This document shows, piece after piece, positions 1 to 9,531 of a DNA stretch of 64,000 nucleotides. This DNA comes from Dehalococcoidia bacterium. Lineage in GTDB: Bacteria > Chloroflexota > Dehalococcoidia > Lucifugimonadales > UBA3495. The stretch is from positions 1-64,000 of the forward strand of contig JASLXV010000023.1 in assembly GCA_030740155.1 (NCBI GenBank), read 5' to 3'. The first letter of the stretch is position 1. Each line of letters opens with the position of its first letter. The position numbers were made by a program, and so were the translations under genes. A model generated the notes under the pieces. The model was not told the origin of the DNA and searched no databases. It saw nothing but the letters and a program-made list of their open reading frames with translations.

Positions 1-73
1 TGGCACCGTGAAATTCCAGGCGGATTTTGGGGTTGAATTGGAGCCGGAGAGAGGCATTTTCGCCGTCACCCAT
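1..73 (-). CDS. IS1380-family transposase, N-terminal fragment (runs off window)
   Basis: ATG at 73 with GGAGG RBS (84-80); reads MGDGENASLRLQFNPKIRLEFHGA; not in ORF track. Confidence 0.7.
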   Translation of the reverse strand, partial: MGDGENASLRLQFNPKIRLEFHGA

Positions 74-231
74 CGGGTGCCTCCATGATACTTACGTCAT
101 CTTACTGCAAAGTGACATGCCATGGAGTCATTATAGCTGGGTATACGCACGATGGCTTATAATTAGACGATAGTTGAAAGAACATCGACGAATTACCGAT
201 AGAGTTTTTCAATCATATGGGAAATGTGGGG
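1..231 (-). mobile_element. Left end of an IS1380-family-like insertion sequence (continues beyond window start)
   Basis: Minus-strand ORF starting at 73 resembles IS1380-type transposase N-termini; putative terminal IR CCCCACATTTCCCATATG at 231-214; AT-rich segment; abruptly truncates the neighbouring gene. Confidence 0.7.
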
Positions 232-1015
232 TAAGTGTCGGCCAGGAAGGTCAGTGATTCACGGCTCTCCTGGGGGGCCCAGATGAGCGCTACATTACCA
301 CCCCCGGTAACGAAACTGACGGCTCCCTGTTGGGAGTTGGGTTCCGGCCCGGTCCACCCGGTAACCCGCACGCTGGCCTCTTGGTCTAGCTTGAGGGTGA
401 GTCCGTACTCATTGACGGCGACCGGCAGCGCCGGAGTCGGCGTGGGCGCCGGCACGGCGGTCGCTTCCGGAGCGGGCATCGCCTCAGGGACCGGCGTAGC
501 CTCCGGTGCGGCCTCGGGCGCTTCAGTGTCCATGAAGCCGAAGTGCTCGCCGCTCATGACAGCCGCCCCCTCGAATAGCTGACCGGGGTCGAACCCTTCG
601 ATCTGGGTACCGTCCATCGCCCCGAAAATGCCGGCGAGCTGTTCGCCGCCCATGCCCAGGGCCTGGTCGAACCCCATAGTGTCGAACATGGCGAAGGCGC
701 TCTCTGGGTTCATGAACTGGAAGTCCGCGCCTCCCATGGCCCCGGCGGCGTCGAATCGCTGACTGGGATCGAACCCGGCCACCTGGCCTTGGTCCATTGC
801 GCTGAACATCCCGGCCAGGCCGTCCCCTCCCATGCCCAGGCCTCCGATACGGTCACCGTCTACGGTCACCGTCTATGACGCCGAACATTCCGGCAAGTTG
901 GTCCCCGCCCAGGTCCAGTGCCTGGTCGAAGCCCATGGTGTCGAACATGCCGCAGGCGCTGCCGCCGTCCATGAAGCCGAAGTGCTCGCCGGTCATGCCG
1001 GCCGCCGCATCAGGG
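213..1015 (-). pseudogene. Degraded gene for a 60-aa-repeat, Pro/Ala/Thr-linker (probably surface) protein
   Basis: Repeat FMxxxSAxxMFDTMGFDQALxxGGxQLAGxFG.. present in two frames (853..1293 and 213..869), joined by a 13-bp tandem duplication at 848-873; last residues PTFPI* are encoded by the IS end; no clear start. Confidence 0.7.
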
Positions 1016-1423
1016 TGGCGATCGGCGGGTGCAGGCTGCCCGGCGAATCGACGGCTTAGACAATTCGAGCCTTTTTCATTGAACCTCAGGCCTGCGTTGT
1101 CGGGTAGGGTGCGCGCACCAACTTTGGGATGGTCGCTCTGAGGCCTCTCTCGGGTGCACTTGATCGGGCTTACCCGAGTTCGGCAGTTCCTATTTGAACC
1201 TCCTCTGCTACCGGTAGGGGATTCACCCCTGGCGACATAGGTGCCTACGCCCTGTTTGGCGCCGGACCCGGAGCTTATGTTAGGCCTATGCAAATGGCGG
1301 GCGATGCGCCGACCCAGCCGAGGAAGCGTTCTTCAGGCGGACCCCGGCGGGAGGAAGTGGCAGCATCATCCTGCGGCGAAGCTGAATTCCCAAGTGCAGA
1401 GAACACGTGATAGGAGGTCAGAA

Positions 1424-1696
1424 ATGTTCTGGTTCAGGCAATGCCCCCGTTGCTCAGGAGACATCTATGTGGACCGGGACCAGTACGGGCCGTATATCAC
1501 CTGCATTCAATGCGGTTTCAGCCGAGACGTGCCCAATGTGTCCGAAGGCCCGACGGTAATCTCCGCCGAGCCCGTCCCAGTGCCGGTGGTCCCCCGGGAA
1601 GAAGGAGGACGCCGCCGCCGGATTTCCCATGGCGGACGCCACTTCGCGAAAACCTTGGAGTTCGACCCCGAGCCGGACCTCGAAATAGCCGCCTGA
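1424..1696 (+). CDS. Small zinc-ribbon protein (CPRC...CIQC), 90 aa
   Basis: AGGAGG RBS at 1412-1417, ATG 1424; two CxxC motifs; basic RRRR patch. Confidence 0.8.
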   Translation: MFWFRQCPRCSGDIYVDRDQYGPYITCIQCGFSRDVPNVSEGPTVISAEPVPVPVVPREEGGRRRRISHGGRHFAKTLEFDPEPDLEIAA

Positions 1697-2234
1697 CACC
1701 CTGGCAGCCGGCCGTGCCGGGGCTAACCAGGACTGCGAGGAACGGGCAGGAGCTTCGGGGCCGCCACCGGCATAGGCAACACACCGCCGGTGGAACCCCT
1801 CGCCTCTGCCACGACCTTCACGGGCTCGGTGTCTTGTATCGATACCCCTTGCATTCTTTCTTCCACCCGCCCAGGGGAGAGAGTGACGGGCCAAGCTCGT
1901 CGCTCTCTCTTCAGTTGAGGGGATCCCGGGTTCGACGAAGGAGGAGTCTCGACCCCAGGTCCGCCTATCTGCCCGCGCCAGCCCGCCGGCAGCACCACCC
2001 GGTTGGCTCGCCGCCACTCCATGCCCGGCTCCGTGTTCTTGACTGTCGTACCCTCCGCCGGAGCGTGTCCAGCGCCCGCCACCCTGTGTTAACATTGGGT
2101 GCGCCATTAGGCGTTCTTCCCGTCCAACGGCGGCCCATCCCCGCGGGGCGGCCGGAACTGCCCACCGGAAAAACCTTGACGGTGCCGTAGTGGTGTTGGA
2201 ACGGGCTACGCTGGGGCAAGGAGACAACGGCGAG

Positions 2235-3422
2235 ATGAAAGCGCTTCAAGGGATTCGGGTGCTCGATCTGACCCGGGCTCTGGCGGGTCCTTTTTGCACC
2301 CTGATGCTGGGTGACTACGGGGCGGATGTGATCAAGATAGAGATCCCCGGTATGGGAGATGACACCCGGCACTGGGGCCCGCCTTTCATAGGTGACGAGA
2401 GCGCCTATTTTCTCTCCATCAACCGCAACAAACGGAGCCTGACCCTGAACTTCAAGGAGCCCCGGGCCAAGGAGATTTTTCTGCGGATGGCCCGGGAGGC
2501 CGACGTGGTGGTGGAGAACTTCACCCCAGGGGTCATGTCCCGGTTCGGCCTGGACTACGAAACGGTGAAAGGGACCAACCCCAGGATTGTCTACTGCTCA
2601 ATCTCCGGATTCGGCCAGGACGGGCCCTACCGGGACCGCCCGGCCTACGACCAGATAATGCAGGGAATCGGCGGCATCATGAGCGTCACCGGCGGGCCAG
2701 ACGACGATCCGCAGAAGGTCGGGATCGCTATTGCCGATATCGGGGCCGGAATGTGGGCCGCGTTCGCGATTATGGCCGCGATTCGACACCGGGACCAACA
2801 GGGTGAAGGCCAGTACATCGACATCTCCATGATGGACGCCCAGGTGGCCTGGCTGACCTATCAGGCGGGCTATTTCTTCGCCAATGGAGAGCCGCCCAAG
2901 CGCCTGGGGGCCGCCCATCCCAACCTGGTCCCCTACCAGGCATTCATGTGCGGTGACGGCAAGTACCTCAACGTGGCCGTGGGCTCCGAGCGCATCTGGC
3001 AGCGGTTTTGCCAGGGCATGGGGCTGGAAGACCTGCGGGAGGCCCCGGACTATGCCACCAACGGCGACCGGGTACGTAACCGGGCCGCACTGGTGCCCAG
3101 GCTCCAGGAGCTGTTCCTCACCCGGTCGACCTCGGAGTGGGTGGAAGCCCTCATCCCCGCCGGTGTCCCCTGCGGACCCATCAACGACCTGGCGGACGTA
3201 TTTGCCGACCCCCAGCTTCTCCACCGTCAGATGTACCTGGAGATGCCCCATCCCACCCTGGGGTCCGTCAAGCAGACGGGCATTCCCATCAAGTTCTCCT
3301 TGACTCCCGGTGGCTTGGACCGGCCCCCGCCTTTGCTGGGCGAGCACACCAGGGAGATCCTGCGGGAGCTGGGATACTCGGAGTCCCAGATCGACGATAT
3401 GGCTGAAGAGTCGGTTACCTAG
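2235..3422 (+). CDS. CoA-transferase family III (CaiB/BaiF)
   Basis: LQGIRVLDLTRALAGPFCT, NRNKRSLTLN, ADVVVENF, GFGQDGPY, PPLLGEHT motifs; RBS AAGGAG. Confidence 0.95.
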   Translation: MKALQGIRVLDLTRALAGPFCTLMLGDYGADVIKIEIPGMGDDTRHWGPPFIGDESAYFLSINRNKRSLTLNFKEPRAKEIFLRMAREADVVVENFTPGVMSRFGLDYETVKGTNPRIVYCSISGFGQDGPYRDRPAYDQIMQGIGGIMSVTGGPDDDPQKVGIAIADIGAGMWAAFAIMAAIRHRDQQGEGQYIDISMMDAQVAWLTYQAGYFFANGEPPKRLGAAHPNLVPYQAFMCGDGKYLNVAVGSERIWQRFCQGMGLEDLREAPDYATNGDRVRNRAALVPRLQELFLTRSTSEWVEALIPAGVPCGPINDLADVFADPQLLHRQMYLEMPHPTLGSVKQTGIPIKFSLTPGGLDRPPPLLGEHTREILRELGYSESQIDDMAEESVT

Positions 3423-3694
3423 GAGAATCAGAGGCTTCACCGTTCGCCGTCTCGACCATGCATTCTTCAACGACAGCAACCAGGGCTGGCCTGGCGCCTT
3501 CTTTGCCGCCGGCTGCGCCGGCCATAAGCCCGGCCACGGCCCCCTTTTCTGTAACCAGCCCGCCTCGCCCACCGTTGCCGGGTGAGAATTGGGGCCTTCG
3601 GGTTGATATATATCGGGGTTCAGACATCTTGCCTGAGGCCGGAGGTCCGTTTATCATGGGACGGAACCGCCGTGGGCGAGGAGGTTGACCGGCA

Positions 3695-4534
3695 ATGGAC
3701 CTGGGATTGAAAGACCGCGTCGCTATCGTGGGAGGATCCAGCAGGGGTATGGGGAGGGCCATAGCGGTAGCCTTCGCCCAAGAGGGCGCCAGCGTCACCA
3801 TCTCTGCTCGAACCGAGGCCGACCTGCGCCGCACCGAGATCGAGTTGGCCAGGATTGGGTCGCAACACCACGTGCTGGCCATCCCCGCCGACCTTTCGGT
3901 GCCCAGGGATATCCGCCGCGTGGTTCGTGACACCTTCAACCGCTTCGGCCAGATCGGAATCCTGGTGACCCACGTGGGGCACGGTCCGTCCGGCCGGGCC
4001 TCCGAGTTCAGCGACGAGACCATTTTGGCGGCCCTGGAAGAGAACTTCCTCAGCGCCATCCGCCTGGCCCGGGAAGTGATTCCCTACATGAAGCAGCAGC
4101 GATGGGGGCGCATTATCCACTTGCTCCACAGCCCGGTGGGCCGCCCGGACAACGGGGCGGCCCTCTCCGCCGCCAGCCAGTCGGCGCTGGTGGGTTACTC
4201 CAAGCTGCTTTCCAACGAGCTGGCCCCATTCAACATTACCGTGAACAACTTGCTCTCCGGCCCCATCCAGACGGAATACCTGACCGCTTCGCTAGAGGCC
4301 AAGGCCAAGGAGACCGGCCGCCCGGCCGAGGAGCTGGCCAAGGAGGCGGTAGCCGCCATTCCCATGCGCCGCTTCGGCAAGCCCGAGGAGGTTGGAGATC
4401 TGGTTGCCTTCCTGGCGTCGGACCGAGCCGGGTATCTCACCGGCACCAGCGTGGTCCTCGATGGCGGCACGCTCCAGCCATTCGCCCGGCAGTCCCCAAC
4501 CGATCCCTCCAGCCGGCCACCGGTGATCCCGTAG
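3695..4534 (+). CDS. Short-chain dehydrogenase/reductase (SDR)
   Basis: GGSSRGMG NAD(P) motif, IPMRRFGKPEEVG...YLTG...DGG C-terminus; RBS GAGGAGG; canonical YxxxK not evident. Confidence 0.9.
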   Translation: MDLGLKDRVAIVGGSSRGMGRAIAVAFAQEGASVTISARTEADLRRTEIELARIGSQHHVLAIPADLSVPRDIRRVVRDTFNRFGQIGILVTHVGHGPSGRASEFSDETILAALEENFLSAIRLAREVIPYMKQQRWGRIIHLLHSPVGRPDNGAALSAASQSALVGYSKLLSNELAPFNITVNNLLSGPIQTEYLTASLEAKAKETGRPAEELAKEAVAAIPMRRFGKPEEVGDLVAFLASDRAGYLTGTSVVLDGGTLQPFARQSPTDPSSRPPVIP

Positions 4535-4663
4535 GGCGGAGACCGGCTTGGGCGTGCCGGCCCGATGGATTTGCCGGGCTACTCCGAAGATAGCGGTCGA
4601 CAGGTGGCGTGCCAAGAGTACCTCCACATGGGCAGCGTCGCACCGGTGACGCTCCCTTCCCCC

Positions 4664-4754
4664 CGTCTTTCCGGCGAAGGCCGGAATCTAGGGAAGAGCC
4701 GGCTTTCGCCGGGGTGACGGAACGGGTATCGAGCCATTTGCGAGACGCCAAACT
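4664..4754. repeat. CGTC-type palindromic repeat with conserved tail, copy 1
   Basis: CGTCTTTCCGGCGAAGGCCGGAATC...CCGGCTTTCGCCGGGGTGACG plus GGGTATCGAGCCAT tail shared with 13161-13260. Confidence 0.8.
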
Positions 4755-4987
4755 GGCCCAATCAGCTCGATGTCGACATTTCTCTTTGCAAGCCACGTCG
4801 GCTGAGGACTAACCCCGCGAAGTTAAGATTGGACTGTGATGCTCCGCCGGAGGTGGCGCATCACAGCCTTTTCGTTTCTCCGGCGAGAGAGCGTGGGCCG
4901 GGGAGGGCAAACGCCACTCGGAAGACGCCCCAGCCAGAGGCTCCAAGCGGTACAATGGTTGCAACCGCTTTCAGGAGATTTCGAGAA

Positions 4988-5826
4988 ATGCCGCTGTTTC
5001 TGAAAAGACGTGCCGGTGTCGCGGTCGTGGAGATCGAGGGAGTGATCGGCACCCGCGTCCGCGTGCCGGCGTACACTCGTCTCTTCGACTCCGTCGCCCA
5101 GAGCACCCGCTACCGCGCCCTGCTGCTGGACATAGACTCTCCGGGGGGGTCCGCCTCCGGCTCGGAGGTTCTCTACCGGAGCTTGAAGAGGGTGGCCGAG
5201 CGAAAACCGGTGGTGGCCTACATTCGCGGTTTGGGAGCTTCCGGCGGCTATTACCTGGGCTGCGCCGCCAGCAAGATCGTTGCGCTGCCCGCCGCGCTGG
5301 TGGGTTCCATCGGCGTCATCTACCTCCGGCCCGTTCTGGAGCAACTGCTGGGTAAGGCCGGCGTGGATTTTTCGTGTTCAAGGGGGGCCGGCTAAAGGAC
5401 ATGACCGGGTTCTGGCGCGGCCCAACCGCCGAAGAGGGAGAGAAATTCCAGGGGCTGATCAACGAGATTTACGATAATTTCGTCGCGGTGGTGGCCCAGG
5501 GCCGCCCCTTGGACGAGGGTCAGGTCCGGGAACTGGCCACCGGCGAGGTGTTCACCGCCCGCAGGGGGAATGAGCTGGGTCTGGTTGACGAGCTTGGGGA
5601 CTTCCAGGACGCGCTGGAACTCGCGGCACGGCTGGGAAGCATCCGGCCCCGCCCGCTCATGGTGCGTCCCAAACGCTCGATAGGCCAGCGGATGTTCGGC
5701 GGCATGGGCAATCGCAGCTCCGCCCTGCCCCCCCTCGCCGCCCAGCTCCAGCGGTTGCTGGCCGGCGGCATCTACTACCTGGAGCCGTCGTATCTGATGA
5801 GCGACTACTCGCCGGAGGGTGAGTGA
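4988..5826 (+). pseudogene. sppA: Signal peptide peptidase SppA (S49), split by a 1-nt frameshift near 5373
   Basis: Frame 1: IDSPGG, GASGGYYLG, VGSIGV; frame 2: VFKGGRLKD, GEVFTA, LGLVDELG; the halves join at GAT TTT TC|GTG TTC. Confidence 0.85.
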
Positions 5827-5881
5827 CCCTGGGGGCACCCAGCCGGTCCCAACGGCGTCCTCTCTGCCGGATTGCGGTGAG

Positions 5882-6685
5882 CTAGCTCTTCTCCAGCCGT
5901 TTCGCCTCCTGCCAGAGGGCCTCTTTGTCGGCCAGCGGAAGCTGGATGAACTCCTGGCCGCGGCCGGCCGCCAGTCGCTCCATCGTGGTGTACCGGCCCT
6001 GGAAGCGGCGGTTGGCCTGCCTCAGGGCATCTTCGGCGTGGATGTTGAGCCACCGGGACAGGTTGACCAGGGTGAAGATGAGGTCGCCCACCTCGTGGAT
6101 CTTTTCTTCCTGGCTGGCGGCCCGGCGAAGCTCCTCCGCCTCTTCAACCACCTTGTCCAGCACGCCGGAGATGTCATCCCACTCGAATCCGGCTTTGCCC
6201 ACCCGGTCCTGCATTAGCTGAGCGTAGGTCAAAGCGGGCAGGTCCCGGGGTATGCCGTCCACCGCCGATTTGCGGACCCCTTTACTCCGGTTCTCCTCCG
6301 CTTTCAGACGCTCCCAGTTGCGCTCCACCTCGCTGGAGTCGGCGACCTGGGCATCGCCAAAGACGTGGGGGTGCCGGCGCACCAGCTTTCGGTTGACCCG
6401 GGCCAGCACGTCGGCCAGGTCAAACTCGCCGGCCTCACTGGCGATTTGAACGTGGAACGCCACCTGCACCAGGATGTCTCCCAGCTCCTCGGACAGCGCC
6501 GGGGCGTCGTCGCGATCCACGGCCTCCAGTACCTCGTAGCACTCCTCCAGGAGGTTGCGCTTCAACGAGGCGTGGGTCTGCTCCCGGTCCCAGGGGCAGC
6601 CCCCCGGAGCGCGGAGCCGCTCCATGATGTCCATCAAGGTCTGGAATTTTCCGAGATCGCTTTCGGGGATCGGTTCGTAAGGCAT
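5882..6685 (-). CDS. mazG: Nucleoside triphosphate pyrophosphohydrolase MazG
   Basis: LRAPGGCPWDREQTHASL, EELGD, RRHPHVFG, second EVGDL domain. Confidence 0.97.
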   Translation of the reverse strand: MPYEPIPESDLGKFQTLMDIMERLRAPGGCPWDREQTHASLKRNLLEECYEVLEAVDRDDAPALSEELGDILVQVAFHVQIASEAGEFDLADVLARVNRKLVRRHPHVFGDAQVADSSEVERNWERLKAEENRSKGVRKSAVDGIPRDLPALTYAQLMQDRVGKAGFEWDDISGVLDKVVEEAEELRRAASQEEKIHEVGDLIFTLVNLSRWLNIHAEDALRQANRRFQGRYTTMERLAAGRGQEFIQLPLADKEALWQEAKRLEKS

Positions 6686-6762
6686 GGGCGAATTATAGCC
6701 AGGCCGGTGGTTGCTTCACAAGATGTTGGGATGCTAACGTAGAACTCACCCTAGGAGGAAGC

Positions 6763-7464
6763 GTGCGCCGGGTCGCCTGGGTTCCAAACGCCCTTTTCAT
6801 CGTTGCCGTGCCCCTGTTTCTGGTGACCGCCAGCGTTGCCTGGGCGTTCAACAGCGTCGGTGTATACGAGAGGGGATTCGACAAGTACCAGATTTCCAGC
6901 TACACCGGCATCACCCGGGCGGACCTGGTCCAGGTGGCCGCCGACATCCGCCACTACTTCAACTCCGGCGAGGAGCCCTTGGCGGTGCGGACCCGGATTT
7001 TCGGCGAGGAGCGGGACCTGTTCAACAGCCGGGAAGCCACCCACATGCGGGACGTGAAGCGCCTGATCTGGGGAGTTTACATAATCGCGGTGCTATCCAC
7101 GGCCTACCTGCTGGCCACGGCGGGCTGGGGCTTGGCGCGGTACCGGCGCCGGTTCGCCGAGACCCTGGCCCGCCGGTGCCTCTGGGGTGGCGGAGTCACG
7201 CTGGCGCTGTTATTGGCGGTGGGACTCTTCGCGCTGGTGGGGTTCGACCGGCTGTTTCTGACGTTCCACCAGATCAGCTTCGCCAACGATCTGTGGCAGT
7301 TGGACCCGCGGACGGACTACCTGGTGGCGCTGTTCCCCCAGAACTTCTGGTTCGACGCGACTATGTGGGTAGCCACGCGGGCCGTTGCCGGAGCGCTGGT
7401 AGTAACCGTCTTCTCCGGTGGCTACCTGCTGTACCTCCGGCGCGCCGCCCGGGGGGAGGTGTAG
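6763..7464 (+). CDS. TIGR01906/DUF1461-like integral membrane protein
   Basis: HMRDVK and FDRLFLTFHQISFANDLWQLDPRTDYLVALFP motifs; several TM helices; RBS AGGAGG, GTG start. Confidence 0.85.
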   Translation: MRRVAWVPNALFIVAVPLFLVTASVAWAFNSVGVYERGFDKYQISSYTGITRADLVQVAADIRHYFNSGEEPLAVRTRIFGEERDLFNSREATHMRDVKRLIWGVYIIAVLSTAYLLATAGWGLARYRRRFAETLARRCLWGGGVTLALLLAVGLFALVGFDRLFLTFHQISFANDLWQLDPRTDYLVALFPQNFWFDATMWVATRAVAGALVVTVFSGGYLLYLRRAARGEV

Positions 7465-7702
7465 GGGCACAGCATGCTGTTCCCCTACGCGTGGTGGCGC
7501 TGTTCCCCTAGAACTTTTGGTTCGACGCGACGATGTTGGTAGCCACGCGGGCCGTTGCCGGAGCGCTGGCCGTAACCGTCTTCTCCGGTGGCTACCTGCT
7601 GTACCTCCGGCGCGCCGCCCGGGAGGGAGGTGTAGGGGCACAGCATGCTGTCGGCGCGCCGCCCGGAGGGGAACGTAGGGGCACAGCATGCTGGGCCCCT
7701 AC
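7322..7702 (+). repeat. Tandem duplication (170-bp offset) of the gene 3' end, with three GTAG-type REP palindromes
   Basis: 7322-7480 is repeated at 7492-7651 with few substitutions (including CAG>TAG); GTAGGGGCACAGCATGCTG at 7461, 7632 and 7675. Confidence 0.95.
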
Positions 7703-7708
7703 GGCCGC

Positions 7709-7933
7709 CTAGCCGCAGGCGCAGCCGCCGCCACAGCAGCCACCACCACCCATAGGGGGCGGCGGGCCGGCCTGGCCGCCGGCAAATTCGCCGCGAGTCA
7801 CCGAGGCGAAGACCGAGATCGCCCGGTTTGCTGGTTGCTCGCAGACCGGACAATCGGAGCCATCGGCGCTCATGGACTGGAGTTTCTGAAACTTATTGCC
7901 GCAGGTGGGGCAGTAGTACTCATATATTGGCAT
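7709..7933 (-). CDS. FmdB-family zinc-ribbon regulatory protein
   Basis: MPIYEYYCPTCG...CPVC, C-terminal GGGCCGGGCAC. Confidence 0.92.
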   Translation of the reverse strand: MPIYEYYCPTCGNKFQKLQSMSADGSDCPVCEQPANRAISVFASVTRGEFAGGQAGPPPPMGGGGCCGGGCACG

Positions 7934-8157
7934 CTTAGATCTTCCTTCACTAACAGGCGTCAGGCACGAACGGGCTTCGGGCGCGAACGGCTTCGCTGTT
8001 CTGACCTCGAGGCAGGACCCAGCTACTTGCCAGCTACTTGAATGTATCCGAGCCGGCGGCCCGCGTCAAGGGGCGCGCCTGGGCGCTCCCCGGTCACGGC
8101 GAAGACGAACTTTCGACTCGCCTCCGGCCCCGGCACGATGCCGCGAAGATGAACCGC

Positions 8158-8185
8158 TTGACAAAAAGCTGGTTTGGCCCAGAAT
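8158..8185 (+). promoter_or_regulatory. Putative sigma70-type promoter of MFS copy 1 (paralogous site at 9743-9770)
   Basis: TTGACA-N16-CAGAAT, conserved as TTGACA-N16-CAAAAT in the duplicate. Confidence 0.5.
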
Positions 8186-8202
8186 TGGTTGCTGTTTCGC
8201 CG

Positions 8203-9531
8203 TTGCATACCGGGTGTCTTGAACTTCCGGAACGGGCGGGCAGCCGGGCCGGGGCCGAGGAGCTACTCATAAACAAACGCACCCAACTGTCCTGGCTGGC
8301 ACGCATCCGGACCTTCGACTCTCTGCGACTGTACCGGGACTACCGTTACCTCTGGGCGGGCAACTTCTGCGCCAACTGCGCCCAGTGGCTTCAGCTACTT
8401 TCGGTAGGCTGGCTGGTGCGGGACCTCACCGCCTCCACCGGGTCCTCGGCGCTCCTGGTGGTGACCGCCGGGGGACTGAACACCGTTCCCGTCTTGTTTT
8501 TGGGCCCCTGGGGCGGGGTTCTGGGCGACCGCATCAACCGCAGGAAGCTGGTGATGACGCTCCAGGCCTTCATGGCCTGTACGGCCCTCCTGTTTGCCTT
8601 CCTGGTGCGGTCTGACTACATCGAATGGTGGCATGCCTACGTCTACGTGGTGGTGGGCGGTTCGTGCCATGCCGTGACCCTCCCGCTGAGGCAGGCGCTG
8701 GTGGCCAACACCGTGCCCAGGGAATCGGTTGTCAATGCGTTTGCTTCCAACATCTTCACCGTTACGGGAACCCGCATGCTTGGCCCGTTTATCGGCGGTG
8801 TCCTTATCGCCACGCTGGGGTTCTTCTGGAATTTCGCTTGGGAGTCCGCGTTGTACACGGGCACGGTGCTGGCTTATTGGCGCATGAGGACACCCTACTC
8901 CCACGGAAACGCTGCCGCTGTGAAGGCTTCCCTATTGTCCAGCTTGAAAGAGGGGATCACGTACGTGAGGAAGGGGGAAAGAGTGATCTTCAACCTCATA
9001 GTGTTGGGCCTGATACCCAACGCCGTCCTCAACCCGGTCATGTTCCTGTTGCCCATATTCACCACCGAGGTGCTGCACGGCGGCGCCGACCTGGGAGGGA
9101 TTCTCCTGTCGACGACCGGGCTCGGCGGGTTCATCGCCGCCTTCACCATCGCTTCCGGCGGATTCAAGTCCAGGAGGGGGTTGGTTTGTCTGGGGGCGAT
9201 AGCCGCGAGTTCCGTCTGCATCATTATTTTGTCCCAGGCCAGGTGGCCGGTGGTGGCGATCTTGCTGGTCGGGATGATGTCGTTTGCCCAAGGGACCTTC
9301 CGCACCACCTCGGGCTCGGTGATCCAGTACATGACGCCCGATGTCCTCCGGGGCCGGGTAACGTCGTTGCAGTCGTACGCCCAGGGGTTCTTGATACTGA
9401 CCAGCTTGCTCATCGGCTGGTTCATCGACTTGACCACGGTCGTCATCGGCATCATGACCATCGGGGCCGTGGGTTTGGGCTTGGCGATTCTCTCAAGCCT
9501 CGCCTTCCGCCGGGTCCGCCAGTTGGCGTAG
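8203..9531 (+). CDS. MFS transporter (DHA3/EntS-like), duplicate copy 1; start uncertain (TTG 8203 or ATA 8269)
   Basis: GGVLGDRINRRKL motif A, PDVLRGRV, about 12 TM helices. Confidence 0.9.
   Translation: MHTGCLELPERAGSRAGAEELLINKRTQLSWLARIRTFDSLRLYRDYRYLWAGNFCANCAQWLQLLSVGWLVRDLTASTGSSALLVVTAGGLNTVPVLFLGPWGGVLGDRINRRKLVMTLQAFMACTALLFAFLVRSDYIEWWHAYVYVVVGGSCHAVTLPLRQALVANTVPRESVVNAFASNIFTVTGTRMLGPFIGGVLIATLGFFWNFAWESALYTGTVLAYWRMRTPYSHGNAAAVKASLLSSLKEGITYVRKGERVIFNLIVLGLIPNAVLNPVMFLLPIFTTEVLHGGADLGGILLSTTGLGGFIAAFTIASGGFKSRRGLVCLGAIAASSVCIIILSQARWPVVAILLVGMMSFAQGTFRTTSGSVIQYMTPDVLRGRVTSLQSYAQGFLILTSLLIGWFIDLTTVVIGIMTIGAVGLGLAILSSLAFRRVRQLA

Noticed and set aside
1723..2082. Small minus-strand ORF with a weak internal repeat (TVKNTEP / SIQDTEP)
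   Set aside because: No recognisable family or convincing start; could be non-coding
7322..7651. Diversity-generating retroelement (TR/VR pair at a gene 3' end)
   Set aside because: Mismatches (C/T, T/G, G/T, TA/CC) are not adenine-specific and no reverse transcriptase is present
7461..7702. CRISPR array from three GTAGGGGCACAGCATGCTG copies
   Set aside because: Spacing is irregular (171 and 43 bp), the spacers are duplicated gene sequence, and there are no cas genes
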